From Steroidobacteraceae bacterium (GTDB lineage Bacteria > Pseudomonadota > Gammaproteobacteria > Steroidobacterales > Steroidobacteraceae), in contig DASXYW010000016.1 of the NCBI GenBank assembly GCA_036502265.1, positions 4,625 through 68,624 on the forward strand: a DNA stretch of 64,000 nucleotides, written 5' to 3'. Both the position numbers and the translations under genes were made by a program. The notes under the pieces are model-generated. The model was not told the DNA's origin. It worked only from the letters and a program-made list of their open reading frames with translations, and did no database searches. Positions 26,628 through 37,678 of this stretch are shown one piece after another (positions within the stretch are counted from its first letter, which is position 1; every line of letters begins with the position of its first letter).

Positions 26628-27074
26628 ATGAACTGGTGGGGCTGGATGATTGGTGGGGCGATTTTGCTCGGTGCCGAGCTCGGATTTGTCAATGCCCAGT
26701 TCTACCTGGTGTTCATCGGGAGTGCGGCGATCATCGTCGGCGTGCTGGATGCAGCGCTGCCGACCCTGGCGCCGGAATGGCAGTGGGCGCTGTTTGCAAT
26801 TCTGGCCGTCGTTTCGATGGTTGCGTTTCGTGGTCCGCTGTATCGGCGACTGCACCTGCGACTGCCGTCGATGCCGAGCGGTCCGGCCGGCGGCGTGCTG
26901 ATGCTGCCCGATACACTGGACCCCGGCCAAAGCTGCCAGGTCGAGCACGCCGGCACCTTCTGGACGGTGCGCAATGAGGGCGCCACGGCGATTGCGGCGG
27001 GCGCGCCGGCCCGCATCGTCAGCGTACAGGGCCTGACCCTGGTGGTGCGGCCGGAACCGCTGCCGATCGTCTGA
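26628..27074 (+). CDS. NfeD-family membrane protein
   Basis: Start ATG 26628 (MNWWGWMIGGAILLGAELGF...). There are three TM segments plus a C-terminal OB-fold-like tail (WTVRNEGATAIAAGAPARIVSVQGLTLVV). It lies directly upstream of the SPFH gene. The upstream part of track ORF 25764..27074 is antisense to ndh. Confidence 0.75.
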   Translation: MNWWGWMIGGAILLGAELGFVNAQFYLVFIGSAAIIVGVLDAALPTLAPEWQWALFAILAVVSMVAFRGPLYRRLHLRLPSMPSGPAGGVLMLPDTLDPGQSCQVEHAGTFWTVRNEGATAIAAGAPARIVSVQGLTLVVRPEPLPIV

Positions 27075-27085
27075 GGGAAACTCGC

Positions 27086-28006
27086 ATGCCTAGCTCGACT
27101 GTATTCATCATCGTGGCGATCGTCGTGGTGATCGTGATCGTGCGCACCGCGATCGTGGTACCCCAGCAGAGTGCCTACGTGGTCGAGTCGCTCGGCAAGT
27201 ACAGCCGCACGCTGCAGGCCGGGTTTCATATTTTGATTCCGTTCGCGGAGCGCGTGGCCTACCGCCACAGTCTCAAGGAGCAGGCCCTGGACGTGCCCGA
27301 GCAGATCTGCATCACGCGCGACAACGTGCAGGTCGGGGTTGATGCGGTGCTGTACATGCAGGTCCTGGATCCGCACCTGGCCTCCTACGGGATCACCAAC
27401 TACAACTTCGCAATCGCGCAGCTGGCGCAGACGACGCTGCGCAGCGAGATCGGCAAGATCGAGCTTGATCGCACTTTCGAAGCCCGCGGCATCATCAACG
27501 CCAATGTGGTCGCCGAGCTCGACAAGGCCTCGGTTTCCTGGGGCGTGAAGGTGATGCGCTACGAGATAAAGAACATCGCGCCGCCCAAGGACGTGCTGTC
27601 GGCGATGGAAAAGCAGATGCGCGCCGAGCGCGAGAAGCGCGCCGTGATCTTGGCCTCGGAAGGCGAGCGCGATGCCAAGATCAACCAGGCCGAGGGTGAC
27701 AAGCAGCGCGTCATCAAGGCTTCGGAAGCCAGCAAGCAGCAGCAGATCAACGAGGCCGAGGGTCAGGCCGCCGCGATTCTGGCGGTGGCGAATGCGACCG
27801 CCGAGGGGCTGCGCGCGGTCGGCGGTGCGTTGAGCGAGCGCGGCGGCATCGAAGCCATGCAGCTGCGACTCGGCGAGGAGTACGTGCGCCAGTTCGGCAA
27901 AATCGCCAAGGACAGCACGACGCTGGTGATCCCCGGAAATCTCAGCGACCTGGCCTCGGTGGTCAGCATGGCCACCAGCATCGTGCGTCGCACGCCGGGC
28001 GGCTGA
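27086..28006 (+). CDS. qmcA: SPFH/band-7 (stomatin-like) protein, QmcA-like
   Basis: 306 aa with an N-terminal TM segment, an SPFH domain (VVPQQSAYVVESLGKYSRTLQAGFHILIPF...) and a coiled-coil AEREKRA...EGE repeat region. Confidence 0.85.
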   Translation: MPSSTVFIIVAIVVVIVIVRTAIVVPQQSAYVVESLGKYSRTLQAGFHILIPFAERVAYRHSLKEQALDVPEQICITRDNVQVGVDAVLYMQVLDPHLASYGITNYNFAIAQLAQTTLRSEIGKIELDRTFEARGIINANVVAELDKASVSWGVKVMRYEIKNIAPPKDVLSAMEKQMRAEREKRAVILASEGERDAKINQAEGDKQRVIKASEASKQQQINEAEGQAAAILAVANATAEGLRAVGGALSERGGIEAMQLRLGEEYVRQFGKIAKDSTTLVIPGNLSDLASVVSMATSIVRRTPGG

Positions 28007-28011
28007 TCAGT

Positions 28012-28788
28012 CTAGTGTTTGAGTCGGTAGCCGGTCTTGAAGATCCACACTACGATCAGCAGGCAGACACACAGAAATACCAGGGTCATGCCGAGGCTGA
28101 GCGCGACACTGACGTCCGAGGTGCCGTAGAAGCTCCATCTGAAGCCGCTGATCAGGTACACCACCGGATTGAACAGCGTCACCGTACGCCAGGCGGCCGG
28201 CAGCATGCTGATGGAGTAGAACGCCCCACCGAGAAAGGTCAGCGGCGTCAGTACCAGCATTGGGATGAATTGCAGCTGCTCGAAGCTGTTGGCCCACACA
28301 CCGATGATGAAGCCGAACAGACTGAAGCTGCAGGCGGTCAGCACCAGGAATGAGACCATCCACAGCGGGTGCAGAATTCGCAGCGGCACGAATAGCGACG
28401 CGGTCAGCAGGATCACGACCCCCAGAATGATGGACTTGCTGGCCGCGGCGCCCACATAGCCGAGCACTATTTCCAGCGAGGATACCGGGGCGGACAGGAT
28501 CTCGTAGATGGTGCCGGTGAATTTCGGGAAATAGATGCCGAACGAGGCGTTCGACAGGCTCTCGGTGAACAGCGACAGCATGATCAGACCGGGCACGATG
28601 AAGGCGCCGTAGGACACGCCGTTGACCTGTGAGATGCGTGAGCCGAAAGCGGAGCCGAACACTACAAAGTAGAGCGATGTGGTGATCACCGGCGTCACTA
28701 GGCTCTGCATCCAGGTGCGCCGGAAGCGCGCCATCTCGAACTTGAACAGCGCCGTGACGCCGCGGCCGTTGAAGCTCACTGCCGTCAT
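28012..28788 (-). CDS. yadH: ABC-2 type transporter permease, YadH-like
   Basis: Start ATG 28788 overlaps the ATPase stop (ATGA). 258 aa with 6 TM segments. It shows close collinear similarity to E. coli YadH as I recall it ([16 protein letters not shown]...FIVPGLIM...[12 protein letters not shown]). Confidence 0.8.
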   Translation of the reverse strand: MTAVSFNGRGVTALFKFEMARFRRTWMQSLVTPVITTSLYFVVFGSAFGSRISQVNGVSYGAFIVPGLIMLSLFTESLSNASFGIYFPKFTGTIYEILSAPVSSLEIVLGYVGAAASKSIILGVVILLTASLFVPLRILHPLWMVSFLVLTACSFSLFGFIIGVWANSFEQLQFIPMLVLTPLTFLGGAFYSISMLPAAWRTVTLFNPVVYLISGFRWSFYGTSDVSVALSLGMTLVFLCVCLLIVVWIFKTGYRLKH

Positions 28789-29723
28789 GGCTGCGCCCTT
28801 GCGCGCTCGCTCACCAGGCTGACGAAGATCTCCTCGAGCGAACTCTGGTGTGTGTTCAGGTCCTTGTAGGCGATCCCGAGGTCCCCGAGGCGGCGCAGCA
28901 GCGCAGAGATACCGGTGCGCTCGGCGTTGGCGTCGAAGCTGTATTGCAGCTCGGCGCCGTCGGCACGCAGCTGCAGATGCCAGGCGCTCAGCTCGGTCGG
29001 GATGACGCTCAAGGGATCCTGCAGGTGCAGCGTCAGCTGCTTCTTTCCCAGCTTCCTCATCAGCGTGACCTTGTCCTCGACCAGGATCAGCTCGCCCTTG
29101 CTGATGACGCCGATGCGATCGGCCATCTCCTCGGCCTCGTCGATGTAGTGCGTCGTGAGCACCACGGTCACGCCGCTGTCGCGCAGAGCGCGCACCAGCG
29201 CCCACATGTCGCGACGCAGTTCCACGTCGACGCCGGCCGTCGGCTCATCGAGGAACAGGATTTCGGGCTGGTGCGACAGCGCCTTGGCGATCACGACGCG
29301 ACGCTTCATGCCGCCCGAGAGCGTCACGATGCGATCATTGCGTTTATCCCAGAGCGATAGGTCTCGCAGCAGTCGCTCCAGATACGCCGCGTCCGGTTTG
29401 CGCCCGAACAGTTCGCGGCTGAACTGCACGGTCGGCAACAGTTTCTCGAAAGTGACCGCGGTGAGCTCCTGCGGCACCAGCCCGATCTTGCGGCGCGCGG
29501 CACGATAGTCCTGCACCGCGTCGTGGCCGTCGACCGTCACGCTGCCGGAGCTGGCGGTGACAATGCCGCAGACGATACTGATCAGCGTGGTCTTGCCGGC
29601 ACCGTTGGGGCCGAGCAGCGCGAAGATCTCGCCCTTGCGGATCTCCAGGTTGATGTTTTTGAGCGCCTGCAGCCCGGACGGATAGGTCTTAGTCAGGTTG
29701 GAGATCGACAGCGCGGCCGGCAT
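28785..29723 (-). CDS. yadG: ABC transporter ATP-binding protein, YadG-like
   Basis: Walker A (GPNGAGKTT), ABC signature ([15 protein letters not shown]) and Walker B ([12 protein letters not shown]) are present. Confidence 0.9.
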   Translation of the reverse strand: MPAALSISNLTKTYPSGLQALKNINLEIRKGEIFALLGPNGAGKTTLISIVCGIVTASSGSVTVDGHDAVQDYRAARRKIGLVPQELTAVTFEKLLPTVQFSRELFGRKPDAAYLERLLRDLSLWDKRNDRIVTLSGGMKRRVVIAKALSHQPEILFLDEPTAGVDVELRRDMWALVRALRDSGVTVVLTTHYIDEAEEMADRIGVISKGELILVEDKVTLMRKLGKKQLTLHLQDPLSVIPTELSAWHLQLRADGAELQYSFDANAERTGISALLRRLGDLGIAYKDLNTHQSSLEEIFVSLVSERARAQP

Positions 29724-29733
29724 GGCCGCGACT

Positions 29734-31713
29734 CTATCGCAATTGAGTTCGTGTCACGATCCGAACCGGCGCGAAATGCTCAGCCGCGCCATCAGCGGTT
29801 CGAGCGGATGCTGGTGAATATCGGCGTGCCCGCTTGGATAAACTATCGATCTCGGAGCGCAGTCGATCCACGTACCAGAACTGTGCCGCCGGCGCGTGAG
29901 TGTCGAGCAGGTTATAGAGGCCGAGCGCGGCGACCCAGCCGCAATGCCACGCGTAGTGCACGTCGAGGTTCAGCTCGCCAAAGCCACGGCCGTCGACCTG
30001 ACCGGGCAGCGTCGGAGCACCGACGCAGCCGGCGACGCCGGGAAAATCGTGGATCGTCGCGGCGTTCACGCAACGGCCGGAGGAAAGCGCATAGCGACCC
30101 AGGTAGCGGAAATCGAGGCCGCCGCTCCAGGGTCCGGCGTCACTGTAGTAAAGCGCCAGCGACCCGGTCGCCACCGGTGCGTCGGTGATGAAGCGGCCCA
30201 GGTGACCGGTGCCGTCATCGAAGCCACGGGTGAAGCGGGTGTGATTGGCCGAGAAGCTGCCGTATAGCTCCAGACCGCGCTGCAGCTGCCAGGTGACGTT
30301 GAACTCGGCACCCTAGCGGCGGCTGGGCGGACCGGCCAAGTCCTGCCCGATGTCCGGATCGATAATGGTTTCCGACTGCTGCCACAGGTTGTAGAGCGCC
30401 AGCGTGAAAGCGATGTCGCGGCGCGGTTGCGCGCGCAGACCGAGCTCCTGGCCTTCCTGCCGCGCCAGCAGCGGCGTACGGGGCAGTCCCAGCCCGACAC
30501 TTCGGTCTTGATCGACTCCGCGAATGTCGGCGCTGTGAAATCCGCGTCCGGTATTGAGATAGAACTCAAGCCATGTCGATGCGGTGTAGATCAGGCTCGC
30601 CTTTGGCTGCCGCTGTGATTGCGAGGCACGGCCCGCGTTGCTGTAGCCGGCGGCCTGATGCAAGGCCTGCAGCTGGTCGACGTCGCTGCCGCGCTGATAG
30701 TCGTCGCGAACACCAAACAGGCTGCGCAGGCGCGAGCCCCAGCGGATGTTCGCCTGCACGTAGCCTGCAAGCGCGAACATGGTCACCTGGTCAAGATCGG
30801 AGAAGGAGGGCGGGTCGTCTTGCGGCGCCAGCGGCACGCGCGCCTGCGTCGGCAGGCGGCCAAGCGACAGTGCATCGTAGCGGGTCGCGGCACCGACTGA
30901 GAGAGCGCACGCGAGGGCGGCGCAATGTAACGGTGTGGTGTAGTCGGCGCTGAGGCCGATCGTGTGGCGATTTTCGAATTGTTCTTCCTGATCGCCGTGC
31001 ACCGGGTCGACCAGGAAGTGGGTGAAATCGCTGTACATGTGCAGCTGGTTGTCGATGAAGTAACTCGACGTCGACAGCTGCCCGGTGCCTAAGGGCCGAC
31101 GATACTGTGCCGAGACACTGGCTCGCTGCGCGCGGCCGCCATCGCTGGGATCGAGGGTGCCGAAGCGATCGGCAACCTGCCTGCTGGCGATTGCCTGCAG
31201 CGGAATGTCGGTCGTGCTGGTCCAGAGCTGGTGATAGTACATGCCGGTCAGCGTCCAGCCATTGTACTGATCGCCGTGGCTGTACCGCAGCACCAGGTTC
31301 TGCTTGCGGGCATCATCCGGATTGCTGAAGGTGCCGTCGTAATGCTGGTTTTCGACGGCCGCCAACAGTGCGCCGCCGCCGAAGCTCGTGGATGTGACCG
31401 CCAGGTAGCGCTGTTAGTCGCCTCGCATCAGAAACTGATTGGCTTTGCCCTCGTCACTGTGCAAGGTCACGATCAGACCCGGCACCGTCTCCAGCAGCTG
31501 TCCGGGGCGGTAGGCGGGCGCGAGCTGCAGTTCCTGATCGGCGACCACGCCTTCGCTCGCGGTGGCGGCTTGGCCGAGCAATTCCAGCCGCTCGGCCGAT
31601 ACCGTGACCTCTGACAGCGTGGGATTGAGCAGGGCGCGCTCGTCATCGGCCTGCGCGGTGGCCAGCACCAGGGTGCCCGCCAGTCCGAGGGTGCGGGCAT
31701 TGAAGGGCAGCAA
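29734..31713 (-). pseudogene. TonB-dependent outer-membrane receptor, decayed (two in-frame stops, probable plug deletion, C-terminal frameshift)
   Basis: One reading frame is split into track ORFs 31414..31713 (signal peptide plus plug start, ...GKANQFLMRGD*), 30313..31365 (barrel, ...AGPPSRR*) and 29734..30174. The in-frame stops are TAA at 31414-16 and TAG at 30313-15. Only about 16 codons separate RGD from the barrel segment AVENQHYDG, whereas relatives have about 100 plug residues (NLDHGTD...HGQGY). The canonical C-terminus (GHADIHQHPLEPLMARLSISRRFGS*, stop about 29755) is only readable in another frame after about 29810. Confidence 0.75.
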
Positions 31714-31806
31714 GCGGGCAGATCCTCTGGCACGCGGCGGGCGATCGCCTCAGGTATTACGCCAAACAGGCGTCGGCGGATGCATGCCGGTGCCGCGGCC
31801 GTGGAT

Positions 31807-32490
31807 CTAGCCGCCACCCTTAAGACGATCGACTTCCTCGCGCAGCCGCTGCACCTGTGCTTCCAGCGCGTTCATGCGATCCGCGATCGATGACACCGGG
31901 CCGCTCGCGGACTCGGGCGTCGCACGGCTGGCCGGCGGGCTTGCTGGCATCGTGACGGCTGCGCCATCGGTGTTTTGCGGATCAGCTGCAAACAGATGCG
32001 CATAGCGCGCTTCCCGTCGTCCCGGCTCGCGCGCCAGGCGCACCACCAGCGCACCGGCCGGACGATGGGCCAGACCCTCGAGCACCGCCGCGGCCTGCTC
32101 GGCGTCGGTGAATTCCGCCATGCGTGCCGCGCGCCCGCGTAGCTCGCCCGCTGTCTGCGGTCCGCGCAGCAGCAGCTCGCACACAATGGCGCGCTCCTGC
32201 GGCGTGAACTGGAAGACGCTGAATTCGGTGTTGCAGAAGCGCTGCTGGTATTTCTGCACCCGGCTGCCGAATCCGGATTTTTCCAGCAGCAGATGGCGGC
32301 GCGACAGCGCATCCACCGCTGCCTGCACCTCGGCCTCCGACAGCTGCAGCACCGGATCGCGATTGCTCTTCTGGTTGCAGGCGTTGGTGAGCGCGTTGAT
32401 CGACATCGGATACTGCTCGGGCGTCGTTACCTGCTTCTCAATCAGGCAGCCGATCACGCGCGCCTCGGGTGCCGACAACTCGATAGTCAT
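31807..32490 (-). CDS. yceH: YceH (DUF480) family protein
   Basis: Start ATG 32490 (MTIELSAPEARVIGCLIEKQVTTPEQYPMSINAL...). Two wHTH-like repeats and a C-terminal coiled coil are present. Confidence 0.75.
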   Translation of the reverse strand: MTIELSAPEARVIGCLIEKQVTTPEQYPMSINALTNACNQKSNRDPVLQLSEAEVQAAVDALSRRHLLLEKSGFGSRVQKYQQRFCNTEFSVFQFTPQERAIVCELLLRGPQTAGELRGRAARMAEFTDAEQAAAVLEGLAHRPAGALVVRLAREPGRREARYAHLFAADPQNTDGAAVTMPASPPASRATPESASGPVSSIADRMNALEAQVQRLREEVDRLKGGG

Positions 32491-32509
32491 GCGATCATTA
32501 TGCAGTAGA

Positions 32510-33670
32510 ATGCTTGGCTCCATGCGCACCGCACCCAGCAGCGTCGGGCACGCCAGGTTTGTCGAACAGGTTGTCTCCGGCCATCGCTCGGCGCTGCCGG
32601 TCGACATTCAGGTGCGCGATTCCTGGCGGCGCTGCCTTTCGGACTACCGCCTCGATCCCGATCAGACGCAGCATCCGGCGATGGTGTCGCTCGCGCAGCT
32701 GCGCCAGCGGCGCGAGCGTGCCGATCCGTTGTGCTCGATCGCGCGGGTGGAGATGGCCGCACTGGCAAGGCTGTTGAACGCGCCGGTCGGCGTCATGCTG
32801 ACCGATCACGAGGGCGTGATACTCGGCTATACCGGGGCGCCCAATTTCGCCGAGATCGCGCGACGCGCCGGACTGCGCGAGGGCGCGGTCTGGAGCGAGT
32901 CGGCGCAGGGCACCAACGGCATGGGCACCTGCCTGGCGCTGCGCGAGCCGGTGCTGATCCAGGCTGATCAGCATTTCCTGGCCAAGAATGCGGCACTGAC
33001 CTGTTGTGGCGCCCCGATCCTGGACGGCAGCGGCAACCTGGTCGGGGCACTCAATATCTCCGGTCACTTGCGCATGTCGGCCGCGCCCACCCTGGCGCTG
33101 GTGCGTCTGGCGGTGCAAAACATCGAGAACCGCGCGTTGCTGGCGCAACACCGGCGTCATCATCTGCTGCGATTCCATCCCCATCGGGAATTCATTTCGA
33201 CCGCCGGGGAGGGGATACTGGCGATCGACCTCGACGGGCGCATCGTCGGCGCCAATGTCGCGGCGCTCGAATGGCTCGGCGTGTCCTCGCACCACAGCCT
33301 GTGCGGACAGCTGGTCGAGCAGGTCTTCGGCCTGGACCTGTCGACGCTCGAGACCCTGCGACGCGATCCGGCCTCGGCCGAGCCGCTACCCCAGCGCGAT
33401 CGCGGTTCATTGTGCTACGGCATTATTCAGCCGCCGCACGCGATCGGTAATATCGCCCGCGCGCCCGCGGCCGGTGGCGGCGGCGAGCGTGCAGCGGGCA
33501 ATGTTCTGGCGCAGGCCGAGCGCAAGGTGCTGCGCGAGGTGCTCGAAGGCTGTGGCTGGAACGTAAGCCGTGCGGCCGCGCAGCTCAACATCAGTCGGCG
33601 CACCCTGCATCGCAAGCTCAAGGCCCATGGCATGCGGCGCTACTCGGCGTGGAATGCGCACCTCGACTGA
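32510..33670 (+). CDS. AcoR-type transcriptional regulator (GAF + PAS + Fis-type HTH) lacking the sigma-54 AAA+ module
   Basis: The N-terminus (VRDSWRRCLSDYRLDP) and GAF region (VMLTDHEGVILGY...WSESAQGTNGMGTCLA...CCGAPILDGSGNLVGALNISG) match the AcoR family. The C-terminus is an HTH_8 domain (VLREVLEGCGWNVSRAAAQLNISRRTLHRKLKAHG). No Walker A or GAFTGA sequence lies between them. Start is ATG 32510 or 32522. The upstream part of the track ORF overlaps yceH. Confidence 0.65.
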   Translation: MLGSMRTAPSSVGHARFVEQVVSGHRSALPVDIQVRDSWRRCLSDYRLDPDQTQHPAMVSLAQLRQRRERADPLCSIARVEMAALARLLNAPVGVMLTDHEGVILGYTGAPNFAEIARRAGLREGAVWSESAQGTNGMGTCLALREPVLIQADQHFLAKNAALTCCGAPILDGSGNLVGALNISGHLRMSAAPTLALVRLAVQNIENRALLAQHRRHHLLRFHPHREFISTAGEGILAIDLDGRIVGANVAALEWLGVSSHHSLCGQLVEQVFGLDLSTLETLRRDPASAEPLPQRDRGSLCYGIIQPPHAIGNIARAPAAGGGGERAAGNVLAQAERKVLREVLEGCGWNVSRAAAQLNISRRTLHRKLKAHGMRRYSAWNAHLD

Positions 33671-33681
33671 AGCGCCACTGA

Positions 33682-33693
33682 GTCAGTACTGAC
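33682..33693. promoter_or_regulatory. Perfect 12-bp palindrome GTCAGTACTGAC upstream of fghA (candidate operator)
   Basis: Read directly in the 93-nt gap between the regulator stop (33670) and the fghA start (33764). Confidence 0.3.
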
Positions 33694-33763
33694 ACAGGGT
33701 AGGGCTGGCACTCACCGGATCTCTTAAGATGCCGCGGGGAACCGCGGACGTGATGGACTGACA

Positions 33764-34612
33764 GTGGAAACACTCAGCGAACACCGATGCTTCGAAGGCG
33801 TGCAGGGCTTCTATCGCCATGACTCGAGCGTCATCGGTCTGCCGATGCGCTTTGCGGTGTATCGGCCGCCGCAGGCCGAGCGCGGACCGGTGCCGGTGCT
33901 GTTCTATCTGGCGGGTCTGACCTGCACCGAGGAGACCTTCGCGACCAAGGCCGGAGCACAGCGGCGCGCGGCCGAACTCGGACTGATGCTGGTCACCTGC
34001 GATACCAGTCCACGCAACACCGGCATCCCGGGTGAGGCCGACGACTGGGAGTTTGGCAGTGGTGCCGGGTTCTATCTGAATGCCACCCAGGAGCCCTGGT
34101 CACGCTACTTTCGCATGTACGACTACGTGCGCGACGAACTGCGCAGCCTCGTGCTGCAGAATTTTCCCGCCAACTCCGACCGAGTTGGCATTTTCGGCCA
34201 TTCCATGGGCGGCCACGGGGCGTTGGTGCTGGCCTTGCGCAATACCGACCTGTATCGCTCGGTGTCGGCGTTCGCGCCGATCTGTTCTCCGACCCGCTGC
34301 GCCTGGGGTCAGAAAGCCCTGCCCCGATACCTGGGGCAGGATCGTGCCAGCTGGGCGCAATATGACGCGGTCGAGCTGCTGCGCTCGCGCGGCAAGCGTG
34401 CCTACCCGGAGATCCTGGTGGATCAGGGGCTGGCCGACAAATTCCTGCAGCAATCGCAGCTTCTGCCCGAGCAGCTCGAGGCCGCCTGCCAGGCGGTCGG
34501 ACAGCCGCTGCGACTGCGGCGGCATGAGGGCTACGATCACGGCTATTACTTCATATCAACGTTCGTCAGTGATCATCTCCAGTTCCACGCGGCCGCGCTT
34601 GGCGCGGCGTGA
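33764..34612 (+). CDS. fghA: S-formylglutathione hydrolase (esterase D)
   Basis: 282 aa with the catalytic GHSMGGHGAL nucleophile elbow. Family-typical sequence runs throughout (FYLAGLTCTEETF...DTSPR...GYDHGYYFI). Confidence 0.9.
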   Translation: METLSEHRCFEGVQGFYRHDSSVIGLPMRFAVYRPPQAERGPVPVLFYLAGLTCTEETFATKAGAQRRAAELGLMLVTCDTSPRNTGIPGEADDWEFGSGAGFYLNATQEPWSRYFRMYDYVRDELRSLVLQNFPANSDRVGIFGHSMGGHGALVLALRNTDLYRSVSAFAPICSPTRCAWGQKALPRYLGQDRASWAQYDAVELLRSRGKRAYPEILVDQGLADKFLQQSQLLPEQLEAACQAVGQPLRLRRHEGYDHGYYFISTFVSDHLQFHAAALGAA

Positions 34613-35592
34613 CCTTCGTACCGGTGCAGGCCACACGAAGGAGTAGAATGGGTCGCATTCACAGCGACCCGGCACTGCTTCACCCCCGGCAGTCGCGCGG
34701 AAGGAGCAGCAGATTGGCGATTTCCACGCCAGTGGAACCCGGCACGCAGCAGCCACCAGCGGAGCGCTCGAGCCCGGGCAGCAGTGCGGCGCATTCGGCG
34801 CCGCGCACCGCACGCGAGCCGTTGCTCGCGGTCTCGGCGCAACGCCGCGATGGTGCCGCGACTCACGACGTGCGCGAGACGCTGGCGGCCGAGGTGCCGG
34901 TGGCGATGCAGTACAACACCCGCCCGCACGCGGTGATGATGGCGACGCCCACCTACCTGGAAGACTTCGCATTCGGATTCGCGCTGACCGAGCGCATCAT
35001 CGCCGCCGCCTCCGAGCTGACGCTGGCCGACATCCTCTGGACCGAGCACGGTGTGGCGCTGGAGATGCTCATTCCGCAGCAGCGCTTCCTGGCGTTGCAA
35101 ACGCGCGAACGCAATCTCACCGGGCGCACCGGCTGTGGGCTGTGCGGCACGGCCACGCTGGAGGCGGCGATCCGCCCGGTGCGCAAGGTCGACCCGAGCG
35201 GCCCGCGGGCCGACGCCAGCGCATTGCGCGAGGGCATGCAGCGACTCGCAGCGCTGCAGCCGCTCAACGATGCCAGCGGTGCGGTGCACGCCGCCGCGCT
35301 GCTGACCACCGACGGTGGCTTCACGGTGCGCGAGGATGTCGGCCGCCATAACGCCATCGACAAGGCGGTCGGCGCGGTGATCCGCACCGGCCTTACGCCG
35401 CATACTCTTTTGGTGACCTCGCGCGCCTCGTACGAGGTGGTGCACAAGGCGGCCGAAGCGGGCTGCCGCATGGTGGCAGCGATTTCTGCGCCGACCGCTC
35501 TGGCGCTGCGTTTGGCGCAGGAGGCCGGCGTCACGCTGATCGGCTGGACGCGTCCGCCGCGTCTGACGGTCTACTGTGGAGAACTGGCATGA
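34609..35592 (+). CDS. fdhD: Formate dehydrogenase accessory sulfurtransferase FdhD/FdsC
   Basis: Conserved core is present (MMATPTYLEDFAFGF...GRTGCGLCG...EDVGRHNAIDK...SRASYEVVHKAAEAG). The start is uncertain. GTG 34609 overlaps the fghA stop (GTGA), while ATG 34648 or a later start would remove a roughly 60-aa Pro/Ser/Arg-rich extension. Confidence 0.8.
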   Translation: MTFVPVQATRRSRMGRIHSDPALLHPRQSRGRSSRLAISTPVEPGTQQPPAERSSPGSSAAHSAPRTAREPLLAVSAQRRDGAATHDVRETLAAEVPVAMQYNTRPHAVMMATPTYLEDFAFGFALTERIIAAASELTLADILWTEHGVALEMLIPQQRFLALQTRERNLTGRTGCGLCGTATLEAAIRPVRKVDPSGPRADASALREGMQRLAALQPLNDASGAVHAAALLTTDGGFTVREDVGRHNAIDKAVGAVIRTGLTPHTLLVTSRASYEVVHKAAEAGCRMVAAISAPTALALRLAQEAGVTLIGWTRPPRLTVYCGELA

Positions 35593-36103
35593 ACGCCCGC
35601 AAACGCGTCGCCATACCGGTGCGGCCCGAGCCCGGGTCGGATCTGCCCGAGGCAGAGCGCCGAGCGGTACGCGAGTCGGTGCAGCAGAATCGCGCCCTCG
35701 AAGGCAATCTGCTGCCAATTCTTCATGCCATCCAGGATCGGCTGGGCTGGATTCCGCCGCGCGTCATTGCGCTGATCGCCTTCGAACTCAACCTGTCGCG
35801 CGCCGAGGTGCACGGCGTGATTTCCTTCTATCACTATTTCCGCCAGCACGCCCCCGGCCAACACCTGATCTACCTGTGTCGCGCCGAGGCCTGCCAGGCG
35901 GTTGGGGCGGTGGAGCTGGAAGCCCATGCCAAGCGCGCCTTGGGCGTGGAGTTCCACGGCACCAGCAGCGACGGGCGCTATACCCTGGAGCCGGTGTACT
36001 GCCTGGGCAACTGCGCCAGCGGTCCGTCACTGCTGGTGGATGGCGAACTGCATGGACGCATGACGCCACAGCGCTTCGATGCCCTAATCGCGCGCGACGG
36101 CAA

Positions 36104-36107
<4 letters not shown>
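35589..36107 (+). CDS. fdsG: NAD-dependent formate dehydrogenase gamma subunit (NuoE-like 2Fe-2S)
   Basis: 172 aa with the NuoE/HoxF-type Cys pattern (YLCRAEACQ...YCLGNCASGP). It has an ATGA overlap with fdhD. Confidence 0.85.
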
Positions 36108-37663
<1,556 letters not shown>

Positions 37664-37678
37664 CTACGAGTTGGACCT

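Noticed and set aside
33731-33746. CCGCGG-GGAA-CCGCGG as a terminator for the regulator gene.
   Set aside because: The stem is only 6 bp and has no T-tract. At most it is a minor structural or operator element.
33760-33785. An apparent 1-nt discrepancy between my base-by-base reading and the ORF-track frame at the fghA start.
   Set aside because: The track protein is a full-length, collinear S-formylglutathione hydrolase, so I attribute the mismatch to my manual reading rather than a frameshift. I used the track coordinates.
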